Shown: in pieces, positions 27,076-36,720 of the stretch
Layout of the letters: each line of letters starts with the position of its first letter
Numbering within the stretch: position 1 is the stretch's first letter
NCBI GenBank assembly: GCA_000934665.2
Contig: KZ538997.1
Span: 1 to 36,999, forward strand
Source: Catajapyx aquilonaris
Lineage: Eukaryota
Reading direction: 5' to 3'
Length of the DNA stretch: 36,999 nt
Notes under the pieces: generated by a model
The model's database searches: none
Told to the model about the DNA's origin: nothing
Seen by the model: only the letters and a program-made list of their open reading frames with translations
Made by a program: the position numbers and the translations under genes

Positions 27076-27148
27076 GCCCTTGTAGCTCAGTGGTTAGAGC
27101 GCTGGTCTTGTAAACCTGAGGTCAGGGGTTCGAACCCTCTCTGGGGCT
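27076..27148 (+). tRNA. tRNA-Thr (anticodon UGU), copy 1
   Basis: 73-nt cloverleaf GCCCTTG TA GCTC AGTGGTTA GAGC G CTGGT CTTGTAA ACCTG AGGTC AGGGG TTCGAAC CCTCT CTGGGGC T. A and B boxes are intact. There is one U-U pair each in the acceptor and anticodon stems. Confidence 0.93.
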
Positions 27149-27152
27149 AGAA

Positions 27153-27161
27153 TTTTTTTTT
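27153..27161 (+). terminator. RNA polymerase III terminator (T9)
   Basis: T run 4 nt after the tRNA 3' end. Confidence 0.8.
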
Positions 27162-27626
27162 CTTTTGGATTTCCAAAACTGATTTTGCTCTGTGGCACGA
27201 TGCTTTTTATTGGACGATGTTCCTAATAATATTAAATGTAATAGTCCCCCTAATGGCCAAAAAGCCCAACGGGGTAAAATAAAAAATAAAAATTAATAAA
27301 AATTAAATGTAATAGTGAAACCCAGGATTTTAATACTTGTTCTCTAAGTGAAAACCTGGGCTATAAAGTCGATAAATTGTATCTAATTTCAAATGACCAC
27401 TGCAGGAACTAGGAACCTTCTAGAATTGTTATTTTTATATTTTTATGATAGTGGTAGATGACGGCAATTTTTTTCGGTTGCTTATTGTTCATGAACAATT
27501 ACTTTAATAACATTTAAAATGCTCGTATGATATATGATTCCCCATTGTAATATCCTGTTTGAGGCGTTGCTAGATTGTGCAATCAGCATTGATTATATTA
27601 AATGTAACTTTAAAAGTAAGCAATGG

Positions 27627-27671
27627 GGTCTCGTAAACCAGGGGTCGGGAGTTCGAATCTCTCCAGGGGCT
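27627..27671 (+). pseudogene. 5'-truncated tRNA-Thr(CGU)
   Basis: ggtCTCGTAAaccag gggtc gggag TTCGAAT ctctc caggggc t gives the anticodon loop, T arm and 3' acceptor strand. The D arm/A box is missing. A T run follows. Confidence 0.85.
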
Positions 27672-27986
27672 CGCTCAACTTTTTTTCTCCATGGAGCGCT
27701 TTTTCCCCCACGATTTATTTAGCTGTGCGGCACGATAATTTTTATTGGAAATTGTTAATAATAATACTAGATAAATACGAAACAATTCTAAATATATTTC
27801 TTCTCAGACAAAAAATACTTAAAATTGTTCCATATTTTATCTAATATTATTATTAACAATTTCCAATAAAAATTATCGTGCCGCACAGAAATAAATCGTG
27901 GAAGAAAATAGTTTCAATGGGGGAGAGAGAAAAAAAAGTCTTGCCCCTGGGGAGATTCGAACTCCCGACCTCCGGTTTACGAGACC
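27627..27986. repeat. Inverted duplication of tRNA-Thr(CGU) plus its 3' flank
   Basis: Arms about 27627-27777 and 27833-27986, including a perfect 44-bp match (27723-27766 vs 27845-27888). Confidence 0.9.
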
Positions 27987-28014
27987 AGCGCTCTACCGAT
28001 TGAGCTACAGGGAT
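27942..28014 (-). tRNA. tRNA-Thr (anticodon CGU), possibly a pseudogene (A1-C72 mismatch)
   Basis: Minus strand ATCCCTG TA GCTC AATCGGTA GAGC G CTGGT CTCGTAA ACCGG AGGTC GGGAG TTCGAAT CTCCC CAGGGGC A. T8 terminator at 27930-27937 (minus). Confidence 0.85.
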
Positions 28015-28189
28015 TTTGACGTTTAGGTTACCTTAGCTTTCCAGACCGACTGTGACGATTCCAACCCCATCTGCCGGGAGTGTCAGCAATCGTTCCAGGA
28101 AAGCCCACCTGACCTTGTTCACTGTGGGGCCCCATTTACGCGCCTATTTGAAAAGTGGTCGCTGTGTAGGTGATGAGATACGCGGTACC

Positions 28190-28209
28190 AACCTAACCTA
28201 ACCTAACCT
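28190..28209. repeat. (AACCT)4, i.e. (TTAGG)n-type pentamer run
   Basis: aacct x4 read directly. Confidence 0.75.
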
Positions 28210-28390
28210 CCCTCCCTTGAGGATACAGGTCTACAGCGTATGCACGCCGATCTTTCAGCAGATACACGCCTATTGTTTATATACCGTTATAGCATAGCAG
28301 CTATTACAAAGTAGCATTGGAAGGGAGCATTCCGAACCCGCGCTGCTTTGATTGAATGAATATGATAATTATTAATATTTTAATGGTAAT

Positions 28391-28555
28391 CAAGGGGCTA
28401 GCGACTCCCTGGAACCGGTGTACACACTGGCCAAGGAACCAGGTGGAACCGGCTTGGAACCGGTCTGGAACCCGGTGGAACCGGCTTGGAACCGGGTGGA
28501 ACCTTCCGGTTCCAGGATCTGGTGTACACTTTTTTTGGGAGTTGCTAGCCCCTTG
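28391..28555. mobile_element. 165-bp MITE with 8-bp TSD (P-element- or hAT-type)
   Basis: TIR CAAGGGGCTAGC(G/A)ACTCCC (18/19 match). Perfect TSD ATGGTAAT at 28383-28390 and 28556-28563. Eight internal GGAACC repeats plus one inverted copy. Confidence 0.92.
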
Positions 28556-30558
28556 ATGGTAATTCAATAAAATCTAATGTAACAGATTGCTGCATGAGGC
28601 CACTCATTCGCTGTAAGATAGCCGTCCGGCAGTGCACCGTTAGATGGCGTTGGGGCTGTGTTAGTGTAGAGGGAGACTACGAGGTTTGTAATCCGTTCGG
28701 CTGCAGTTTCGGAGGCTGACCGTGATAAGCAAGTTGTCCGTAACGGTGTCATTTTGGGCCACGACCCTGCGTGACCCTATGAGGTCAGTAGGAGGCCATC
28801 CATCGCAACCTATGGCGTGGTACATGGTTGGCCGGCCGAACGACCCTAGGATATGCATATTGGCCAGTAGTCTATGAATACTTAATAACTGAGAGTGAAT
28901 AACCCCTCGAGACAACCACTTGCCACAATCAGCCCACAATAATAGCATTTGAAATGAAATACTCCACAGAACATGTAGCAGGTTTAGCACACTTACTACC
29001 AAACTTTCCGCAAACGTGAAAATTACCGCCGCAGTCCCTCGAGTTTGAAGACACTGTAGCAACCCCCCAAGGTTCTAGCAAGTTTGAAACACGTCCGTGG
29101 TCTCAATCACATCGCTCCAAAAGTACGACACAAAAACCACCGGCTCTGAATAAGAGCGCAACACACAGGACTCCGTCGTCTCTTTCTGACGGCGATCCAT
29201 ACCCGCCTCTGTTGGCAGATACAAAAGTTGTGCACACTTGTGAAACCCGTCCTACTTCCATTGGAGACAACAGCAGGGGGTGAGAAATTGCCTGCATACG
29301 TATAGAGAGTCGATTTTACATTTAGAATTAAGGAGGGGAGACAGAAAAGTGTGTTCCTATGGGCATTTCTCATTGAGAGCGTGAAAACGCGGGGACTCCC
29401 CGATACCGCACATTCCAAACTCCATCCTACCTCAACCACCGCTCGAATCAGGTCTGAAGGATGGGAAACACTATTGGGACTTTCAGCTAGCCTGCTCCAC
29501 ACTGGTCGAGGCCTAGCAGATCATATAAGCTGGAGAATTTCCTATTGTTCCGATTTGAAGTCGGAACATGGGACTGGAAATATTATGGCGAATTTCTGAA
29601 AAGTTTCTCCAGTACTGGTGTTTTGGTTCCATGTGTGCCCTCAATTTTTGGCATAGGCAAACCAATAGTGGCAAGGTGCTGGTATCGGAAAATTGCACGA
29701 TGTCAAACGATTCCACCGCATAACGACGTGCCATCAATTCTGGCCAGGCTCTAGCCATCTGCAGGCAGTAAAAAGAGATAGTGTGGGAAGGTGTAAAAAT
29801 GATCTCCGTCATGAAGACTACGTTTCGACAGTCTTTTACTCCGTTCATGAAGAATCCGGATTTGTGTGTCTAAACTAATGACACAGGCCCATTATTTCCA
29901 ATATCCCTGAAGTCTCATGTAATATGTTGACGTAAATGTTTAAAGCGATATAATTACGTATATATTAAGAATATACCCATTCTTTATCATCCAATCCAGT
30001 TTCGTTATAATATGACTTCTACGTCGTTATACGCACATCCAAATTATAAGCCGCATCAGGCCAATTTACACGCCACGGTGCCAGTTCAATTTACACATGT
30101 TCTTTTTTTAAAAAGAAAAACATTGCGTTTTTTTCATAGCAGTTATTGATTGCGATGATTATATCTCGTCCGGTTGTTAGTGGATCTGATATGAAGCTTG
30201 GGAATTAATTTCGCATGATTTAAGGGGCTATCCGGAAAGAATGTAACTTGTCCACCCAAGGCAACATTTCAAGAGAGTGAGAGAAAAAAAATTCCACTTA
30301 GCCTAGATAGACAAGAAGAGTTTTTCCTTCCCAAGACCGGCCTTTTAATTATACAGTATTCCTGTACCCTTCAAGGACCTCGATTGCCATTGTCGACCAG
30401 GATGTTAAATGGTTGTTCGGCAAAACAAAAGTGATCGGGTTCAGATTTTGGTAAGATATTGGCACTTTTTTTTTTTTTTTGAAAGTATTAGAATTGGCCT
30501 GTCGAAAATTATCGCAGTTAACCAGGATGTAGCCATAAGTTAAAGCCTACTAATAATA

Positions 30559-30780
30559 TAGGGTGTTCCAAATTCGTGGGTCATTTTTAAATACGGTAAC
30601 TGATATCACCAGACAGTGATTTTTTGTAGCTTGTTGTGCCCCTATTACTCCCAAGGGGTCGAATATAGCAGTTGCTATAGAATGGGGCACCTGGTTAGGG
30701 GCACAACAAGCTATAAAAAGGAACTACAATCGGGCGACATCAGCTATAAAAAAATGACCCACGAATTTGGAACACCCTTG
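30559..30780. mobile_element. Mariner-type MITE, family B copy 2
   Basis: agggtgttccaaattcgtgggtcatttttt ... aaaaaatgacccacgaatttggaacaccct, TA-flanked. Collinear with 13989-14224. Confidence 0.9.
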
Positions 30781-32952
30781 TATATTTACTAGCAATATGT
30801 ATGGACCAAACATGGCGGAACATGCATGACTTACTCTAACGGTAGTATAGCAATATTATGACGATATTTTCTTACAATTAAATATAAAACATGGTATAAG
30901 TGTAAAATAGTATTTTCATAGAATCATCATATCATGTCTTAATGTATTGTACCATTCGACATAATGACTTCTGCACCAAAATTCGCAACGTGTTTTAAGG
31001 TTGAGTGGCACACTCTGTTACTGCATTTCTATGGAGTGTCCTGAGGCATCACAGGGTGGCCTTCCTTATCATCTCCCAACACTCAGGATCATCTGCGAGC
31101 TAATTAGTTTTGGTGCATCCTAGAAATGGGCGGCCATTGGAGAAGGAAGCAAAGAGGAGCTCAGGGTCGGTTGCATGGTCCCATGCAACCTCTACCCTTC
31201 TCCCAAAAAATCAATGTTCACTCTGAACTTGAACCCTCTTTATACGGTTAAAAATAGAGAGCCTAAACCTAGCTGTAATTATAATTATCATGATGGATTT
31301 GGTGCTGCTCTCACCTGTTCCCTATAGAGGGGGTATATAGAGGCTAAGATTGTCCAGCACATGAGATAAGGCAGGGTCCTCCACTGATATGATCCGCCTT
31401 TTTGTAAGCTCGTGATGAGATGTGAAACGCCGCCAGGGGGATATAATACAGCATTTGGTGCATGTTGGATGAATGTGGCAAAGGAGGGAAATTAATTCGG
31501 AGGGCTCCTATTCACCTACTAAGTGACTAAGATGGATCTACGTAGCACTTATCCCATTTCGCTGGGCGAATAATTGAACAGCTTAACTGCCTAACTGGGT
31601 CATGAGTTATTAGGTATTAAACGCGTCAAGAGCTTGATGTATTTCGTCACGTAAACCCAACTTTGCCCACCATTTTCCTGCCGCCAAAATTTCACCGCTG
31701 GTGTATACCCGCGACTGAAGGATGAAGATGGAATGGAGAGCTTCAAAATACCTCCCCCCTCTCCACTAGCCCCTTTTCCTTCCTACTAACTACGAGAGAT
31801 TACAAGCATTTTCAGTGGCTTAGCTTATTTGTTCACAGCACTGGCAAATTCGAGTTGAGGGGTATAAACTTTCATCATTATACTTCCTTGTCTTAGTGTG
31901 CAGACGCTTTTTAGAACAATTGTTTTGGCTGTTTCCAAATGGACTGACTGACGATTTTTTTAGAATGGTAATGTGTTGCGAAATAAATGTGCAGTTTATA
32001 GTAATTAGTGTGTGGCTGATTAACATTTGCATGCTCTTGTACTATTGGCAGAAAATATGATGTCACCACTTTTTAGCTGGCTATTTCAGTGTCATTCTAT
32101 TGAAGACTTTGCACCAAAAACTTGCTATATCTCATGATGGTGGTGTTGAGAAAAACTGCAGGTTCTGCCCCTGAGAAGCGAAGGCTAAATTTTATATGCA
32201 TGTGTCTGTGACTTTTAGGTGAATTAATAAAAACTTGACAATTGCCTGGTTGCCTGGAAAAAGGAATAATTTTATGTGGACATAACATGCATTTTGAACC
32301 ACAGCATGTTTTAAGGGATACCAGTAAGTCATGAAAAAAATGCTTCCACCATTCATAATTCAAAATAGCTAAAATATGCAACATAAGTTAGGAGTTTTGA
32401 CCTGAGGTTTCAATTGTTAAATAAATAAAGCTCATTGTGCCTATAGTCGATTCCTTCTCATGAGAGGACAGAAAAGGGCTACTTCTTTTGAGAAGGTACT
32501 GTACCTGCTTAGAAGTGTATGAAAGCTCATGAGGCGGCTCAAAGTGTCTTCTGGCTGATGTGTCGACTACAGTAAATGAAACTCACACACTTATGGCACT
32601 CTGGGAACACCGATCCAAACTTTTCACAAATCAAGCACTCTTTTTGATGAACCTCCCACATTTATTTTGGATAATTATATTCGCTTAAAAACCTTGACAT
32701 GGGTTCTAATAAGACGATGGCTGAATTGCAAAGGTAATCTAAATTTTTCATCCAATTAGCTCTGTGCCTCCTCTCTGAAGAGCATCCATCTCTGTGCCAT
32801 CAAAAAGTAGCTAATTTTGACTATTATCACACTTATGTGTGGCAATGGTAGCAACAACCTCTACAAAAAATGACACAATTTGAAAGACAATATTACATCA
32901 AAAGACATCCTTAGATAGATTTGACATTTCTTGAAAGCATCCATATGAAAGG

Positions 32953-34633
32953 TTAGGCCACACAATAATGACCATAAATCCGTGTGCCAATGAGACGGAT
33001 GTGGTATGGAATCAGAATCACCATGATTCCAATACTTCGATGCACATCCGGAAGCCGAGTATGCTCCTCCAGCCTGCTACCGTGGATTTCAACTGAATGC
33101 AGCTCCTCTCCGAAGGTGTTAAACATGATGTGCAAAAACATCTATGGTCAGTCTGTTGCTAGACAGGGTCATGGTGGTCAGGTGGGTCATTGTGTTCATG
33201 CGGAGCAGGTGGGCTAAGAGGAGATTCTTCTCATTTATAGTAAGGTTAAGCAATTGCTGATAATTTCTCACCAAGAAAATGAGTTGCTTTGGTCCGTAAT
33301 ATTGTCCTGTCCATCAATAATTTGAAGGGTTTCAAGGAACCTGAATGGCTTCTCTGTTTTGTTGGAGACAGTAGGTGTTCCTTGAAGTGTTTGGCACTGC
33401 CACAAGCAAAGTTTACTTACTCGTAGTTTCGGGAACACACTATAGCTATGCGATGTATGTCAACCTCTAAACATCCGTGAAGGTTGAGGTCATAGATGTT
33501 TGGGAAGGGCTGAGCAGACTCCAATGCTACATCCAGATCTGTAAATGTTAATGTCAAACTGGCCAGTGCTGGTAAAGCCCGATTCTACCACATATTTTGA
33601 TATCACCTCTGGGTCAGAGCATGAGATGGCCAGACTCTGCAGGTGCTTCATGTTGGTCACAGGAATTAGGTTTGATTGTCCGGATACTTTTACCTCCCTC
33701 AGGGACGGAAAGTGTGTGATCAGTAGGCTCAGCATGTGAGGCTGAAATAGCTTCACATCCAGTCATGTAACTGCGGATAAGAGTCTACACACTTACGCAG
33801 CAACACTGAAAGAAGTAATGATCGATTTATGTTCAGCTGGTGGAGGTTTGGTATGTTATCCTGAATGAATGTTAGTGTGTCCACTGATTGTAAGCAATCA
33901 GTCAACAGCCACGCTTTTCAAGGTGTCCCAGCCTTGGTCCCAGCATCCTGTGGGACATCCTGACATCCCCCAATGCAATGACAGCTCCTGGAGGTTGGGG
34001 CAGGTTTTGACCAGTCCTAATATTAACTCTTCTTTTCTGACCACCCCTAGTCTCACCATCCTCAGCTTGCTTAGGCCCAGTTCACATGTGGTCACTTTTA
34101 GTGGCAGCACCTGATGGCCACAGCAACTGACCACTTTTGGAAATACACAGGATTGAATGAGAGCATTCACAAGTGGCCACTGGCCACTCTCTCATTCAGT
34201 CATGTGTACTTCCAAAAGTGGTCACTTGCTGTGGCCAGTTACTGCCTTAAAAGTGGCCACGTGTGAACCGGGCCTGAGACTCTTTAAGTGTTTGTAAAGG
34301 CTGCTGTGAGCATAATCGTCCGGGTCATAAAGTTTGTCCATGGTGAGTCCAGTCAGCATGTCTATAGGTTGTTTAATAGTTGGCGTGGCATCCAGGGCTG
34401 AAGGCCTCAAAGAATGGCCTTGCAAAACCTACTAGCTCTGTCCAAATATATGAAACCACTTTGGAGGATGCATTCCAGAAACTTGAGAAGATGGTAGGCA
34501 ATGACTGGACATATTCTTTGAATCTCCTCATTGGAGTTTCCTGAAGCTGGCTTGGTGGCTTGTCGACAAGTGTGACTATGATAGTCAGAGTGGAATCAAT
34601 GAGACATTGAGGAACTTTTGTTTGGGGCACCAC
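32953..34633 (-). pseudogene. Intronless leucine-rich-repeat (RNI/F-box-LRR-like) pseudogene, about 490 codons once the MITE is removed
   Basis: Repeated LRR units across frameshifted minus-strand frames: LSKLRMVRL, CPNLQELSL, IPNLHQLNI, FPSLREVKV, MKHLQSLAI, LPALASLTL, FPNIYDLNL, FRFLETLQI. The N-terminus KVPQCLIDSTLTIIV resembles a BC-box. Multiple stops and frameshifts. Confidence 0.75.
34074..34274. mobile_element. PIF/Harbinger-type (Tourist-like) MITE inserted in the LRR pseudogene
   Basis: Termini GGCCCAGTTCACA ... TGTGAACCGGGCC, about 90-bp imperfect arms, 3-bp flanks TTA/TGA. Removing 204 bp restores the LRR frame. Confidence 0.88.
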
Positions 34634-34865
34634 TCCACCTCATAATGGCAACATGATCTGTGACAATACTCTAATCAATATGTGCAAAAGAGAGTGGTAG
34701 TAGAAGTGGGTTAATTGGTTAGTTGTGCAAAGTTGCAGCATCTCAGCTACATACATAAATGGGCAATTAATACCTAATGACATTAAAATACATAATTGCA
34801 GCATGTATTTGTGTTAGACACCCTCAAAAGTGGGTTTGGCCATTTTTGATGTCATACCCCTCAAA

Positions 34866-36301
34866 TCAGCAGTGCTTTCCGGAGTAATAAGCAAGCTTGG
34901 CAGCTTCTGCTGCCAGTTTCATGTCATGCATTTCTCTCTCATGCTTGCCCTTCTCCTCTTCTTCTCTGGCTTTGGCTTCATAGAACTTCATCTTCACCTC
35001 TGTGAGACGAAGAAGGGAGGCGGTGGCTTGCTTTTTCGTCTTCGGCCCACCAGCCGGTAGAGTGGGACGCCTTCTTCCCGTCCACATGCTTCTTCTCTTT
35101 GGAGTCTCTATGGCACCATATTCTAATTCAATGTCTTCTACCTGCACGTTCTGAAAGTGGCGTAGAGTTAACCTTATGTAATGACAATGATTCAATCAAA
35201 TATCATTTGCCAGCAAAATTATAATAAATTACATATTGATCATTTCACAGCTAACTTGCATGCATACTTGTAGCATAGCATATTGCCCTGCATTCAGTAG
35301 GATGCAGTTGAATTGAGGGTGACCAGATTTTAGAAAATGCATATTTGGTGGCAACGGACACACATTCCCAAGACATGCAGGATTATCTGGTACAGAACCA
35401 GCCAATTTTAAAAGCACAAAACATAGCACATACCTCTGGTTCTAGCACCACATAGTGAGTTCCCTCTAGTGTGCTGGAAATCCCACTTTCTAGAATTATT
35501 GGTATACTACTGCATCATGGGGTACATCCTGAAAAAATTGAAGCAACACAGGAGTATTACAATAATTGCAAATTTAGTGGCATGAGCCTGACACCATAGC
35601 CTTGTGGACATAAATTAGGCATTGCAAGTGACGCTGAGTCTAACATTATGCTGCAAAAATTCTTGTGAGGTTTACGTCCAATAACGCAACATATGGCTAT
35701 ATGTGTCATGAAAATATAATGCCACTCAGGATTGCCCAATAAGAAAACTGCTGCTGATAAATGAGAATAATCTCAAGGGGGCATTCTTATCTGGCACTCC
35801 CACCTGGCATTTCATTTCCATGCTGCAAAAGCACGTGGCCCTTGACTTCCTTGCATTTGAAAATAAACTCAGCCTATTGTTAACGTGACAATGGACAGAA
35901 ATTGTGGTCGCACAGTACTTACCTCAAAGTGAAGGACCATATGGGGGCAGCCGCAGGATCTGATTCTGATGTTCCTGTAAGAAAAGGTACGGATTGCTGT
36001 AGCCACATATACTTGCACATTGGCAAATATGCTGCACATACCGACTGGTAATGGGCCATCATCACCAAATGGATTTTCCTGCGGTGCCCAACTCCACTTC
36101 TACCTTTCTCCAGGTTTCTTCATTCTGTTATTTAAATTCATCTGCCGTCTTGTTCTCCAGTACCGAACGATGCCGGTGAACAAGGTCATCTACGAGCACC
36201 TGCTTTTTTGGCCCGAAATTTCGGCCCCGGCGGCTCCTCTTCACCACAGCTTCTGCCCCTTCTGCCTCCACCATGTGCTCTCGTTGCTCTGGAAAGGCCA
36301 T
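34866..36301 (-). pseudogene. Spliced Myb/SANT-like DNA-binding protein pseudogene (Myb_DNA-bind_5 / Harbinger ORF1 / MSANTD-type)
   Basis: Exon 36042-36301 reads MAFPEQ...RGRNFGPKKQVLVDDLVHRHRSVLENKTADEFK*QNEETWRKV (TAA at 36128-36130), then ENPFGDDG in another frame. GT-AG exons at 35923-35974 and 35434-35528. Last exon 34866-35150 encodes a coiled-coil tail (KMKFYEAKAREEEEKGKHEREMHDMKL). Confidence 0.8.
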
Positions 36302-36464
36302 GGCAGGTCACGACCACGTATAAAATAGCCAGCAGGCGGTGTGCCTTACCTTCACCTTCGGTCCCAACCACGGTCTTACAGAATTAAATGTCCCAACAAG
36401 TTGTGCTGAGTGACAAACTGGTGTGCTTACTGTGCTGTGCTCTCTACGGTCGACCACTTGACAG

Positions 36465-36597
36465 CGCCATCTTGTTGTGACGTCACGCGTGTGTATGACG
36501 TCACGCGTGTGTATGACGTCCTAGACTCCGGCCAATCCGGGAACTCGTAGAATGAGCGGACGTCACAACTTCTTACAACAATACTGGCCAATGACGT
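36465..36597. promoter_or_regulatory. Motif-dense divergent promoter region between the Myb/SANT gene and tRNA-Thr
   Basis: 18-bp tandem repeat tgacgtcacgcgtgtgta x2.4 (36478-36520) carrying CRE palindromes TGACGTCA. Further GACGTCA at 36559 and TGACGT at 36592, CCAAT at 36532 and 36588, and YY1-type AAGATGGCG on the minus strand at 36465-36473. Confidence 0.55.
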
Positions 36598-36644
36598 GGA
36601 AGTCTGAAGGTAAATGCGGTGTAAGAACGATGCTATCTATAACA

Positions 36645-36717
36645 GCCCTTGTAGCTCAGTGGTTAGAGCGCTGGTCTTGTAAACCTGAGGTCAGGGGTTC
36701 GAACCCTCTCTGGGGCT
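36645..36717 (+). tRNA. tRNA-Thr (anticodon UGU), copy 2
   Basis: 73/73 identical to 27076-27148. Confidence 0.93.
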
Positions 36718-36720
36718 AGA

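Noticed and set aside
28411..28516. Regularly spaced GGAACC repeats / WNR peptide repeats as a CRISPR-like or coding repeat
   Set aside because: Units are about 10 bp with no unique spacers, and they lie inside a TIR/TSD-bounded MITE. No cas-like genes are present.
28900..28960. FKCYYCGLIV (minus strand) resembling a BIR domain
   Set aside because: The upstream GF motif and the downstream W, H and C residues are absent, and the frame contains many stops.
31169..31190. 10-bp hairpin ggttgcatgg/ccatgcaacc as a Helitron 3' end
   Set aside because: No CTRR terminus at the expected distance and no other Helitron evidence.
31700..32900. Possible plus-strand Harbinger transposase convergent with the LRR/Myb genes
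   Set aside because: Some exon-like patches exist, but no IDGTH, GDSGY or IERxFG motifs were found in the frames I translated.
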